Below are positions 21,852-32,190 of a stretch of 64,000 nt of DNA, piece after piece; position 1 is the first letter of the stretch; every line of letters starts with the position of its first letter. The stretch lies in NCBI GenBank assembly GCA_963809485.1, contig CAWEJX010000004.1:1-64000 (forward strand), given 5' to 3'. Origin of the DNA: an uncultured Acidobacteriota bacterium (GTDB lineage Bacteria > Acidobacteriota > UBA6911). The notes beneath the pieces are model-generated. The model did no database searches and was not told the origin of the DNA. It was given only the letters and a program-made list of their open reading frames with translations. Both the position numbers and the translations under genes were made by a program.

Positions 21852-22086
21852 AGTCAGGTACTTCCGGCAAAGCCGGAGGCTTGAAAGATTTGAACCGATC
21901 AAAGCGGTTGGAGGAATTACGCCGGTCTTGAACGCTGACTTACGAGGGCAAAAGCCGATGAGGCGCTTCCGATCTTCGCCGAACAAATCCGCGTTTGTCA
22001 GCGCTTTTATCAGCGTTTCTCAGCGTTTCAAAATACGGAGCTGTCAAACTCTTTGAGTCCCCCGGGAGAGCCGGGGGTTTACCAAT
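21852..22086 (-). mobile_element. Non-autonomous IS200/IS605-derived element, copy 2
   Basis: Both subterminal hairpins present; near-identical to the other copies. Confidence 0.85.
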
Positions 22087-22220
22087 GTAATTGCAGCTAC
22101 GGAAACACCGGTGACTGTCTCCCCTCCTTCCCCTCTCTTCGACTGAGGGGGACACTGGTGACTGCCCCTCTTACCTCCATGGCATGGTATCATCCTGGAA
22201 CCCGGCGGACAGGAGGGGAT

Positions 22221-24953
22221 ATGTCGAAAATGCAAAAAATCCCGGTGCTCAATTACGGTAAATATCAGCTGAAAAACGGCCTCGATGTGATTCTCCTGGA
22301 AGACCACCGCCTTCCTCTCGTCGCCATAAATATTTGGTATCACGTTGGCCCGGCCAACGAGCGCCCCGGCTTGACCGGGTTCGCCCATCTTTTCGAGCAC
22401 ATGATGTTCGAAGGCTCCAGGCACGTAGGGGAGAAGGCGCATTTCCATTACCTGGAGGCCGCCGGGGCCAGCGAGATCAACGGCACCACGGACTTCGACC
22501 GCACCAACTACTTCGAGACGCTTCCGTCCAGCCAGCTGGAACTCGCTCTCTGGCTCGAGAGCGACCGCATGGGATTTCTGCTGGAAACTCTCGACGACCG
22601 AAAACTGGAGAACCAGCGCGACGTGGTCCGCAACGAGCGGCGGCAAAACATCGAAAACGCGCCCTATGGGCTTGTCCAGGAAGAGCTGTTCCATCAGCTT
22701 TTTCCAAAAGACCATCCCTACCACGCTTCCGTGATGGGGTCGCACGCCGATATCGAGGCCGCCCGGCTTGAGGATGTCCGGGAGTTCTTTCAGCTGCATT
22801 ACGCTCCCAACAACGCAAGCCTCGCCGTGGTCGGAGACATAAACCCGGACAAAACCCGGGAATTGGTGGAAAAATACTTCGGCCCCATTCCGGCCGGGAA
22901 GACTGCAGCCCGGCCTGCAATCACCACTCCGCCCATCCTCTCCGAGAAGCGCGTCCTTGTCGGAGATCAGGTCGAGCTGCCGAGAGTGTACCTTGCATGG
23001 ATTACGGATACCGTATTTTCTCAAGGGGATGCGGAGTGCGACCTGATTGCCAGAATTCTCGGAGGTGGGAAATCAAGCCGCCTCTTCAAGAGCATGGTCT
23101 ACGAGATGCGTATCGCCCAGGATATCGCGGTGCAGCAGTATTCCCTGGCGTTGGGTTCCGTCTTCGTGATCGAGGCCACTGCCAAGCCCGGCATTCAGCC
23201 GGAACAACTTGAAGACGCAATTCGAGAGCAGCTGGTCGGCTTTCAGGCAGATGGACCGTCGCCAGCGGAACTTGAAAGGGCCCGCAATATAATCGAGGCC
23301 TCCATTATCCGGGGTCTGGAGAATCTGGGGGGATTCGGAGGGGTCGCGGACCGGCTCAACCAATACAATCATTTTCTGAAGGATCCCGGCTACCTCTCCC
23401 GGGATCTGCAAAGATATCAAAATGCCACCGTGGAATCTTTGCGCGCCGTTGCCCGCAGCAGGCTGAAACGCGAAGCGGGAGTGGTGGTGTATGGAGTTCC
23501 CGGCCAGAAGGTTGTTCATGATGTTCCGAAATCCTCCCGGGCGGCCGGCGATTCTTTTGCCGAAGCTCATCCGCCGTCGGACCAGGACTGGAGGAAAGCC
23601 CCTCCCGGACCCGGACCAGCGCCTGCCATGAACCTCCCGGTTCCCCAAAAACTGAAGCTCCCTGGCGGACTTAATGTGTTTCTCGTCGAGCAGCATAATC
23701 TTCCCATTGTTTCGGCAAACGTGATTGTGCTTAGCGGGGGCGACCGGAACCCCTCGGGCCAGCCCGGATTGGCTTCATTTACCGCGGAAATGCTGGACGA
23801 GGGGACAGGCAAGCGCTCTCCCCTGGAGATTGCCGCGGACGCCGACCAGATTGGAGCCGCTCTGGCAGCCGGATCTTCGACAGACATGTCGTATATCGTG
23901 ATGCGCACCCTCCGGAAAAACGTGGACGCGGCTTTTGAGCTTTGCTCCGATATTCTGCTGAATCCCGCCTTTGAGCCTGCTGAAATAGAGCGGATTCGCA
24001 ACGACAGGCTCACACACATCCTCCAGCAAAAAGACAATCCCGGGGCTCTGGCGCTAAAAGTCTTCTTCGATGCGGTCTACGGCGCCACTCATCCTTACGG
24101 ATTCCTCGAAGTTGGCACGGAGGATTCAAACCGGTCGGTCACACGCGACCAGATCGTTCGCTTTTATCAAGCCGGCTATATTGCCGCAAATGCCGCGCTG
24201 GTCGTGGCAGGGGATCTGACAGAATCCGAGCTCAGGGACCTGGCAGAAAAATATCTGGGCGGATGGAACGGCGCGGAAGCGGTTCACCCAAAGCCCGGGC
24301 CTCCTGCCCCTCGGGGACGCCGGATCGTGATAGTCGAACGTCCGGATGCCGCACAGACTATGCTCCGGATCGGGCATGTCGGCGCATCCCGTGTCAATCC
24401 CGATTATATCGCGCTGGATGTGATGAATACGGCGCTGGGCGGATTGTTCTCCAGCCGGATCAACCTGAATTTGAGAGAGAAGCATGGATATACCTATGGC
24501 GCGTCCTCCGCGTTTATCTTCAGACGAGGACCCGGACCGTTCGTGGTAGGCACCGCCGTGCGCGCGGACGCCACTGCTTCGGCAATAATGGAGGTCCTCC
24601 GGGAGATCGAGCGCATGCGCGAAAGCCTGATTACGCCGGAGGAACTCGCGGCTGCCGGCGATTCAATGGCCCACTCTCTTCCGGGCATGTTTGAAACAAC
24701 CCGGGATGCCGCATCGAGCACCGGCGAGCTCTTTGTCCATGACCTGCCCCTCAACTACTATCGCGATCTGCCGGGCTTGATCCGGGATGTTACCGCGGAG
24801 GATGTCCGGCGGGTTGCCGGAAAATACCTGAAACCGGAAGAGACCGTGATTGTGGCCGTAGGCGACCGGAGCAGACTTGAGCCGGAACTGGAAAAGCTGA
24901 ACCTCGGCCCGATTGAAATCCGCCAGCCAAACGGCGACAAGCAGGCAGAATGA
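22221..24953 (+). CDS. M16 family zinc protease (pitrilysin-like, two M16 units)
   Basis: HLFEHMMF inverted zinc motif, NGTTDFDRTNYFE, LREKHGYTYG. Confidence 0.93.
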   Translation: MSKMQKIPVLNYGKYQLKNGLDVILLEDHRLPLVAINIWYHVGPANERPGLTGFAHLFEHMMFEGSRHVGEKAHFHYLEAAGASEINGTTDFDRTNYFETLPSSQLELALWLESDRMGFLLETLDDRKLENQRDVVRNERRQNIENAPYGLVQEELFHQLFPKDHPYHASVMGSHADIEAARLEDVREFFQLHYAPNNASLAVVGDINPDKTRELVEKYFGPIPAGKTAARPAITTPPILSEKRVLVGDQVELPRVYLAWITDTVFSQGDAECDLIARILGGGKSSRLFKSMVYEMRIAQDIAVQQYSLALGSVFVIEATAKPGIQPEQLEDAIREQLVGFQADGPSPAELERARNIIEASIIRGLENLGGFGGVADRLNQYNHFLKDPGYLSRDLQRYQNATVESLRAVARSRLKREAGVVVYGVPGQKVVHDVPKSSRAAGDSFAEAHPPSDQDWRKAPPGPGPAPAMNLPVPQKLKLPGGLNVFLVEQHNLPIVSANVIVLSGGDRNPSGQPGLASFTAEMLDEGTGKRSPLEIAADADQIGAALAAGSSTDMSYIVMRTLRKNVDAAFELCSDILLNPAFEPAEIERIRNDRLTHILQQKDNPGALALKVFFDAVYGATHPYGFLEVGTEDSNRSVTRDQIVRFYQAGYIAANAALVVAGDLTESELRDLAEKYLGGWNGAEAVHPKPGPPAPRGRRIVIVERPDAAQTMLRIGHVGASRVNPDYIALDVMNTALGGLFSSRINLNLREKHGYTYGASSAFIFRRGPGPFVVGTAVRADATASAIMEVLREIERMRESLITPEELAAAGDSMAHSLPGMFETTRDAASSTGELFVHDLPLNYYRDLPGLIRDVTAEDVRRVAGKYLKPEETVIVAVGDRSRLEPELEKLNLGPIEIRQPNGDKQAE

Positions 24954-24993
24954 TTCAAAAACCTCCTGCAGAGCCCTGAGCTTGAATGATGTC

Positions 24994-25213
24994 GTCAGGC
25001 ACCTCCGGCAAAGCCGGAGGCTTGAAAGATTGGAACCGCTCAAAGCGGCTGGAGGAGTTACGCCGGTCTTGAACGCTGAATTACGCGGGCAAAAGCCGAT
25101 CCTCGCCGAACAAATCGGCGTTTGTCAGCGTTTTTGTCAGCGTATCTCAGCGTTTCAAAATACGGAGCTGTCAAACTCTATGAGTCCCCCGGCAGAGCCG
25201 GGGGTTTACCAAT
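24994..25213 (-). mobile_element. Non-autonomous IS200/IS605-derived element, copy 3
   Basis: CCTCCGGCAAAGCCGGAGG ... CCCCCGGCAGAGCCGGGGG TTTACCAAT. Confidence 0.85.
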
Positions 25214-25258
25214 AGAATTAATGGATTGCGGATCGCGTTCCTGTGCTAAATTTTGTAT

Positions 25259-26665
25259 ATGGCGGAATTGGACATAAGGATTCAGGGGGAAACCCTGAGC
25301 GTGACCCAGGAAATACTGGACCGGTACAACGTACCCGGGCCGCGGTATACCAGTTATCCCACTGCGCCTGAGTGGGTCGACTCTTTCGGGCCTTCGGATT
25401 ACGAGCAGGCGCTGACCCAATCCAATGATGCCCGTCCTCCCCGTCCGCTTTCGCTTTACATGCATCTACCCTTTTGCGACCGCCTGTGCCTTTTTTGCGG
25501 CTGCAACGTTGTCATAAGCAGAAATCACGATGCCTTGATCCCCTATCTCGAAAAGCTGAAATGGGAAATCAGCCGGGTTGCCCAGATCCTCGACACATCC
25601 CGGCCGGTGGTCCAATTTCACTGGGGCGGCGGCACGCCGACCTATCTCAGTGCCGCACAGCTCGAGGAGCTGTTCGGCTGCGCCAAAGAGCTGTTCCCGT
25701 TTGCGCCCGATGCGGAGATAGGCGTGGAGATCGATCCCCGCGTAACGCGGGAAGATCAGCTGATTGCCCTGCGCCGTATGGGTTTCAACAGAATTTCCAT
25801 GGGCATCCAGGATTTCAATCCTCTTGTGCAAAAGACCGTCCGCCGCATCCAGCCCTACGAACAGACCAGGGCGGTGTTCGACCTGTGCCGGTCCCTTGCC
25901 TACGAATCTGTGAATATCGATCTCATTTACGGACTCCCCTATCAGACCGCTGAAAGCTTCCGCGACTCCGTGGAAAAGGTGATCGGGCTCGGACCGGATC
26001 GGGTGGCGATGTTCAGCTACGCCCATGTCCCATGGCTCAAAAAGCAGCAGGGGGCTATTGCCAGGTATATCCCCCAGAGCATGGATAAATTCCAGATTTT
26101 CCGGGCCGGGATCGAGAGCTTCACGAATGCAGGCTATGTGTATATCGGGATGGACCATTTTGCCCGGCCCGATGATGAACTGTGCCTGGCGCAGAAAAGC
26201 CGAACGCTGCACCGCAATTTCCAGGGTTATACCACCAAGGCCGGCGCCGATCTTCTGGGACTGGGCGTGAGCTCCATCAGCGGCATCGATGGCGTCTATG
26301 CGCAAAATTTCAGGGACCTCAAGGGCTACTACGCTGCGGTGGAGCTCAATGTGCTTCCGACCATGCGCGGAATCCGCCTGACCGGCGATGACGTCGTCCG
26401 CCGTGCCGTTATCGGCAAATTGCTTTGCCATTGCGTTCTGCATAAGAGCGAGATCGAAACCGAATTTGGCATCCGCTTCGATGAGTATTTCGCGGATGAA
26501 GTCCGCCGGCTGGAACCGCTCAAAAGCGACGGGCTCGTCGATCTGAGCGGGGAAACGATCTCGGTGACGCAACTCGGGCGCATCTTCATCCGGAACGTCG
26601 GGATGGTGTTCGACAAATATCTTCAGAAGCCTAAGAGCAAGCCGGTCTTTTCCAAAACGCTTTAG
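25259..26665 (+). CDS. hemN: Oxygen-independent coproporphyrinogen III oxidase
   Basis: GPRYTSYPTA, CDRLCLFC radical SAM motif, HWGGGTP, LHRNFQGYTT, FSKTL C-terminus. Confidence 0.96.
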   Translation: MAELDIRIQGETLSVTQEILDRYNVPGPRYTSYPTAPEWVDSFGPSDYEQALTQSNDARPPRPLSLYMHLPFCDRLCLFCGCNVVISRNHDALIPYLEKLKWEISRVAQILDTSRPVVQFHWGGGTPTYLSAAQLEELFGCAKELFPFAPDAEIGVEIDPRVTREDQLIALRRMGFNRISMGIQDFNPLVQKTVRRIQPYEQTRAVFDLCRSLAYESVNIDLIYGLPYQTAESFRDSVEKVIGLGPDRVAMFSYAHVPWLKKQQGAIARYIPQSMDKFQIFRAGIESFTNAGYVYIGMDHFARPDDELCLAQKSRTLHRNFQGYTTKAGADLLGLGVSSISGIDGVYAQNFRDLKGYYAAVELNVLPTMRGIRLTGDDVVRRAVIGKLLCHCVLHKSEIETEFGIRFDEYFADEVRRLEPLKSDGLVDLSGETISVTQLGRIFIRNVGMVFDKYLQKPKSKPVFSKTL

Positions 26666-26704
26666 AATCTCCTGGAATCCTCAAGGACTGCAAGGCGTGG
26701 TGTT

Positions 26705-27679
26705 ATGCAAAGGGGGGTACTGGTTTTCAACCTGGGCGGTCCTGAAACGCTCGAGGACGTGCGCCCTTTCCTGTACAACCTTTTCTCCGATCCCGAAATC
26801 ATAAGGATAAAGAGCGACCGTTTGCGCAAAATGCTTGCACGGTTTATCTCTTCGGTCCGGGAGCGCAAATCGCGGCGCCTTTATCGCCAGATCGGCGGAG
26901 GTTCGCCGCTGCGCCGGATAACCGACACCCAGGCTGCCGCACTCGGCTCGGCCATGGCTTCCAAAGGTTTTGCCACACGCGTCTATGTGGGAATGCGCTG
27001 CTGGAAGCCCCCCATCGATGAGGCGGTGGAGAAGATCCTGAGAGACCATATCACGCGGCTGGTTCTCCTCCCGCTTTTTCCGCAGTACTCCCTGACCACC
27101 ACAGGTTCCTGCCTGAAGCACTTCCAGAATCTGGATCGACAACATGGCCTTTCCTCCAGAATGGACATTAAGATCATAGAAGCGTGGTATGACGAACCGC
27201 TTTATATCGAATCGATGGCGGAACTCATACAGGAAAGTCTGGGACGGTTTTCCGAAGGCGGGGGCGAGCCAATCCACCTGCTTTACAGCGCGCACTCGAT
27301 ACCGGCTCGCTATGTTCGGGAAGGCGATCCGTACCTGGAGCAGACCCGGCAGACGGTGAAACTGATCCAGGCAAAGCTGGGCAATGCTTACCCCTCGATA
27401 CTGGCATTTCAAAGCAAAGTGGGCCCGGTTCGATGGCTCAGCCCTTCCACCAGGGACATTATCGCTGAACTGGGTCGCAGCGGCAGCCGCAGGGTGCTGG
27501 CAATCCCCGTCAGTTTCGTTTCGGACCACATCGAAACTCTGCAGGAGATCGATATCGCCTACGCATCGCTGGCCGCGAGATCGGGGATCAGCGAATTCCA
27601 CCGGGTTCCGGCGCTCAACCTCCACCCGAAATTCATCGAGGCGCTTGCCAAACGTGTTCTCGCGACCGGATGTTTCTAA
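26705..27679 (+). CDS. hemH: Ferrochelatase
   Basis: NLGGPE, GGSPL, PQYS, SAHSIP, FQSKVG, SDHIETLQEID. Confidence 0.96.
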   Translation: MQRGVLVFNLGGPETLEDVRPFLYNLFSDPEIIRIKSDRLRKMLARFISSVRERKSRRLYRQIGGGSPLRRITDTQAAALGSAMASKGFATRVYVGMRCWKPPIDEAVEKILRDHITRLVLLPLFPQYSLTTTGSCLKHFQNLDRQHGLSSRMDIKIIEAWYDEPLYIESMAELIQESLGRFSEGGGEPIHLLYSAHSIPARYVREGDPYLEQTRQTVKLIQAKLGNAYPSILAFQSKVGPVRWLSPSTRDIIAELGRSGSRRVLAIPVSFVSDHIETLQEIDIAYASLAARSGISEFHRVPALNLHPKFIEALAKRVLATGCF

Positions 27680-27785
27680 TGCTTGCTTCTCACCGCTCTT
27701 CGGCTTCGGCTGTTCGGGAGCGCATACGTGCTTTCGATTTCTGGTTTCAAGCTCCCGTCTGAAACCTGGAGCCGGGAATCAGGCG

Positions 27786-28298
27786 CTAGCGGAGCTTCTG
27801 GATCTCGTCCCTGAGTTGGGATGCCATACCGGGGCTGAATCCTAATTGGATATCCCGCGTGATTCCATTCTTGTCGATGAGGATTTGCATGGGAATGGAC
27901 TCTGCACCATATGCCAGCCCGACGGATCCCTCTTTATCCAGCAGAACCTGAGAACTGATATTCTGCTCCCGGATATATTCCCGGACCACATCGTCCGGCT
28001 CCTGCAGATTTATCGCCAGCAAAGCAAGGTCGTGGGGGAATTCGTGCTGCAGCTTTTCAAGCAGCGGCATAGTCATGCGGCACGGGCCGCACCACGTCGC
28101 CCAGAAATCCAGCAAAACAATTTTTCCTTTGTACTGGTCCAGAGCGAACTCCCGGCCCTTCAAATCGGGGAGTTTGAATTGGGGAGCGGCCTGGCCTACC
28201 TGGACAGCCGCTTCCGGTTCGGTCGCAGGGCGTTTGCATCGGGAAAGCACCGCGGCAGATATGAGCAGCAAACAAACCAGCAAAACTTTCTTTATCAT
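27786..28298 (-). CDS. TlpA/ResA family thiol-disulfide reductase
   Basis: FWATWCGPC motif; N-terminal membrane or lipoprotein signal. Confidence 0.92.
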   Translation of the reverse strand: MIKKVLLVCLLLISAAVLSRCKRPATEPEAAVQVGQAAPQFKLPDLKGREFALDQYKGKIVLLDFWATWCGPCRMTMPLLEKLQHEFPHDLALLAINLQEPDDVVREYIREQNISSQVLLDKEGSVGLAYGAESIPMQILIDKNGITRDIQLGFSPGMASQLRDEIQKLR

Positions 28299-28454
28299 CA
28301 CGTTGCCCGCCTCCCGCAGCAAGGGAAATCAGCCGTTCAGGATACCTCAATCCGGAATTTCCAGTATACCAGTGAAACCGTTGCAGGAATCCAGCATTTC
28401 CTTTGCGGAAATCGATTATCGCGGCTCAGGATCAGTTGCGTTAGAATGCCCGGA

Positions 28455-28904
28455 ATGATACGTCAGTTCCGCCCCGAGGATGCCTCTTCGTGCTGCCGGC
28501 TGGTTCACGCCTGCCTTGATGAGGACTCCTCGCTGGCGCCCTCCCTTAAGCGAAAGATCCGAGCCGGCGAAACGCCCCAAACCATGATTGAGCGTTCCGG
28601 GCTTTTCTATGTCGCAGTTTACGAGGCAGAGAGCCAGGTAGAAGGGCTCGTGGGGCTGGATCTGAATGAAATCCGGCTTCTGTTCGTTTCGCCGGATCGC
28701 CAGCGCCGCGGGATTGGCCGGATGCTGCTGGAACACGCCAAATCCCTCGTGCCGGGCAGCCTGTTCCCCGATATTTTTGTCTATTCCTCCCCCCAGGCTG
28801 CCGCGTTTTACAGGGCGTGCGGATTTCTCGAGAAGGGGCCTTTCGACTTCCGGCTGGAGGAAGAAAGGCTACATACTGTTTTTATGACTTTTCTCACGGG
28901 ATAG
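28455..28904 (+). CDS. GNAT family acetyltransferase
   Basis: LFVSPDRQRRGIGRML (motif A) and AAFYRACGF. Confidence 0.88.
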   Translation: MIRQFRPEDASSCCRLVHACLDEDSSLAPSLKRKIRAGETPQTMIERSGLFYVAVYEAESQVEGLVGLDLNEIRLLFVSPDRQRRGIGRMLLEHAKSLVPGSLFPDIFVYSSPQAAAFYRACGFLEKGPFDFRLEEERLHTVFMTFLTG

Positions 28905-29008
28905 GGTAGCATCAGATCCCGGTGGCATCTATCGGGATTATCTATGTAGGAAAGCGGCTGGCTTGCTGCCCATGGAGTGAAGGAATAACTTCTTATTCTG
29001 GAGGCATC

Positions 29009-29455
29009 TTGAGCAAATTCCACAGCCTTGTTGCATGGGCCGCCCTCGTTTGCGTACTTGGAGCCGTAATTTCTGTATCCACAGCGGAGATCGCGGCTCA
29101 AAGCCGGCAGACCGGCAAACAGGACCCACAGACTCAACTGATAAACAACTATCGAAAATACGCGGACCGCTACATACGGATTTCCGGCGAGTCCTGGCAA
29201 TACGACCAGACCAATAAAATCGCCACCCATTCTTTCACTATGAAGAATAGCGCCGGAGTAGCGTATTCGGATATAGAAGTCGAGGTGACTTATTTGAGCG
29301 CCGAAGGGAAAAATCTGCAGGTCCAGACCGCCAAAATCCCTGGAATGCTCGCGGCGTACCAGATAAAAAAAGTAAAAAATATGAAAGTCCGGAAGGTGCC
29401 GGCGCAATCCGATCAGGCGCTTTTGAAGGTCACCAAGGCAAGCATCCACCCCTAG
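29009..29455 (+). CDS. Hypothetical exported protein (FxLYD-like Ig fold, tentative)
   Basis: TTG start after GGAGG; signal-like N-terminus; IEVEVTYLSAEGK. Confidence 0.6.
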   Translation: MSKFHSLVAWAALVCVLGAVISVSTAEIAAQSRQTGKQDPQTQLINNYRKYADRYIRISGESWQYDQTNKIATHSFTMKNSAGVAYSDIEVEVTYLSAEGKNLQVQTAKIPGMLAAYQIKKVKNMKVRKVPAQSDQALLKVTKASIHP

Positions 29456-29648
29456 CCCGGACCGCAAAAAATTTTACAATGATTCTGTTGCGTTTTGGAT
29501 CGATTTTATTATCATAGGACAGTCCCTGCGAGGGATACCGTGCACAATCACCTGATTCCGCATGGGAATAGGCTTTATCTGTAGTCCGCGTCAACCTGAC
29601 AGACGCGGGATGTTCGCGCGTTCGGCTCATCGGGCAGGACAAGAATTG

Positions 29649-30515
29649 ATGAAGGGACAATACCCCGCTGCAGTATTCTTTGCCATAGTTGCCCTCCTTT
29701 GCGGCTCGATTTTCGTCTATCCGAAAACCGGGACGCCGACCGCCACCTCGTTAAATCCTAAGACGGTCAAGCGCAAATCGCCGCAGGTTTCTGCATTGAA
29801 TTTCTCGGGCGAATATTCCATACGAAAGGGGGACACCCTTTATGAAATCGCCCGAAAATATAAGACTACGGCTCAAAACCTGAAGTCCGCCAACAATCTG
29901 CGGAGCAATAAACTCAAAATCGGGCAGAAAATCCTGATCCCTCTTGCGGATGAGGCGGCCACCCAATCAGAGGCCACGGAAACAGCCGCCGTAGCCGCCA
30001 CGGTAAATCAATCTGCCAAACCCGATTCGCCCCAGCCGGAAGATACAAACCAGATCTCCGAAAACGGATCTCAACCGCGCCGCCTGCAGCTGGTGCAGGC
30101 CGGATTCAATTTTTTGGGCGTGCGATATAAATACAGCGGAACATCCGAAAAAAGCGGTTTCGATTGCTCAGGGCTGGTAAAGACTCTGTTCTTAAAATTC
30201 GACATCGACTTGCCCCGTTCCTCCCGGGAACAGTTCAGGCAGGGAGAAAAAGTGGATCGGAACGAACTCCAGGCCGGCGATCTTGTGTTCTTCTCCTCGG
30301 GCGGGAAACAGGTAACGCATGTGGGCATCTACATCGGAGACAACAAGTTTCTGCATGCGGCGCGCAAAGCCCGTCAGGTGATCATCAGCGACCTGAACAA
30401 GATCTGGTATAACATGCGCTATCTGGGAGCACGCCGGATCACCGATCTTTGGGGTGACGAATCAAACCCCGAACCTCAGACCAGTCAGGCACCTCCGGCA
30501 AAGCCGGGGGTTTGA
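29649..30515 (+). CDS. LysM + NlpC/P60 cell-wall peptidase
   Basis: YSIRKGDTLYEIA (LysM), GFDCSGL, HVGIYIG, FLHA. Confidence 0.94.
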   Translation: MKGQYPAAVFFAIVALLCGSIFVYPKTGTPTATSLNPKTVKRKSPQVSALNFSGEYSIRKGDTLYEIARKYKTTAQNLKSANNLRSNKLKIGQKILIPLADEAATQSEATETAAVAATVNQSAKPDSPQPEDTNQISENGSQPRRLQLVQAGFNFLGVRYKYSGTSEKSGFDCSGLVKTLFLKFDIDLPRSSREQFRQGEKVDRNELQAGDLVFFSSGGKQVTHVGIYIGDNKFLHAARKARQVIISDLNKIWYNMRYLGARRITDLWGDESNPEPQTSQAPPAKPGV

Positions 30516-30717
30516 AAGATTGGAACCACTCAAAGCGGTTGGAGGAGTTACGCTGGTCTTGAACGCTGACTTACGCGGGCAAGAGCCGATGAGGCGCTTC
30601 CGACCCCCGCCGAACAAATCGGCGTTTGTCAGCGCTTTTATCAGCGTATCTCAGCGTTTCAAAATACGGAGCTGTCAAACTCTTTGAGTCCCCCGTCAGA
30701 GCCGCGGGTTTACCAAT
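30483..30717 (-). mobile_element. Non-autonomous IS200/IS605-derived element, copy 4 (overlaps the NlpC/P60 stop)
   Basis: Same ends and interior as the other copies. Confidence 0.85.
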
Positions 30718-30810
30718 GTAATCAAACGAATGGCATATAGAGTTGCGCGATGAGTCCCTGACGATGAACGGGGCGGCATAGTCCAGGGGCTATCCGCAGG
30801 AGGGTTAAAA

Positions 30811-31599
30811 ATGTCCCAGCGAGAGGGTTCCACCGATTATAAATTTGAGGACTACGCATCGGAGATGGCGGCATACCGTCTGCCGCAGACGGCTGCGCTG
30901 ATTGATTCCAAATTGAAAATAACGCTCGATTCAGGGGTAGCGTTCGATCTTGAATTCATCGAATACAACAAGGTTTTGTGGAAGAGCGGCGCCGATCAGG
31001 ATACGGACTGGTGCGAGGCGGTCGAGGTGGCTCCAAACACGTTCTTCATCGACATGACTCTGAAGCAGTTCCCGCGCCAGACTCAGACCTTTATCATCAA
31101 CACCGAGACCCGGCAGGCACTCTCCATACGCACCCTGATGCGGGAAGGCGATATCGGGAAGGATCCGCGGGCGGTGCACCATTTTACGGCCGGCCGCACC
31201 GGCGACCCGTCGGTCCCTCCATCGGGGCGCAAACCGGCGCCGACGCGCGATTTGTTCGGACTGCGCGCGCTTTATGCCTACAATCCCCGGCAGGTCTTCG
31301 AGCACGCCTATATGAATTCCGAACGATACGCCTGGCACTGCGTCGCCGGCCCTCTCAAGGGCCAGGCTGATGTCGAGCAATGCACCACGTTCAAATGGGA
31401 TGACAACCAGTATGTTTTCTGCTGGCGTGAGCACGGCCTTCCCGTCTCGACGGTGTTCTTCTACAACTGGGATCAGATGAAATCGACCGGAAAGTTTTTC
31501 GCCATCGGCGAAAACGGCGCCTTCGCCAATACACCCGCGGGCGCGCTTATCAGCAAGCTGTCCATGGCTTTCTATCCGCGAGAGGCTCAACCCCTATAG
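30811..31599 (+). CDS. MoaF family protein (MoaF N- and C-terminal domains)
   Basis: VEVAPNTFFID, FEHAY..SERYAWHC..GP..GQADVE, YVFCWRE. Confidence 0.75.
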   Translation: MSQREGSTDYKFEDYASEMAAYRLPQTAALIDSKLKITLDSGVAFDLEFIEYNKVLWKSGADQDTDWCEAVEVAPNTFFIDMTLKQFPRQTQTFIINTETRQALSIRTLMREGDIGKDPRAVHHFTAGRTGDPSVPPSGRKPAPTRDLFGLRALYAYNPRQVFEHAYMNSERYAWHCVAGPLKGQADVEQCTTFKWDDNQYVFCWREHGLPVSTVFFYNWDQMKSTGKFFAIGENGAFANTPAGALISKLSMAFYPREAQPL

Positions 31600-32190
31600 C
31601 GGACCGCGTGTCTCGGGAAAAGACCTCCGGATAGGTAGGAAGTTGTCCAGGGACAGCCTCCTCCAACTCACGGTTGCCGGCCACTGAAAGAAGCTTGATC
31701 GGCGACCGACAAAAGACAAATGGAATCAGATGCGCAATGAATATTTCGGCAGGCTTTCGTACCGCAGAATGTCGAACGACGAATGATGAATTTCGAAGTT
31801 CTGCGGTTCGATATTCCCTGCTCCATTGAAGAACATCGGGGAAAAGGTAAGCTTCGCCTATCCCGCATCAAAGCCTGCGTTCACCTGCACATTAAAATGA
31901 GCTTAGAATGATACGGAATGGGTGGCATTGTGTTATGCTTTCGTCCCGCAGGTTTTCTGCAAGAATACGTCTGTTGGTAGGTGCAAATGCACAAATCGGC
32001 TGGCAGTCGGATCCATGGAGCATAGGCCTAGTGCAGCCAGCCGTGCCTGAACCGTCGCACTCCCGCTGAGCTTTAGGGACTGGCGCTCCTGCAACGACAG
32101 GATGGAGAGGAACAGGACTGTGCCCCTAAACTATTATTGGAGCGGAAAAACGGATTTTCCCAAGTCCTGATTACGCAAAGGAGCAGATCA

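Noticed and set aside
25466-26572. Long antisense ORFs (also 32335-33435, 33626-34750, 61273-62454 and others)
   Set aside because: Shadow frames of well-supported genes in GC-rich DNA
30454-30687. Small ORF family (LERLEPLKAVGGV...) at 15475, 24913, 30454, 39441 and 53410
   Set aside because: Chance translations of the repeated element, with inconsistent starts and stops
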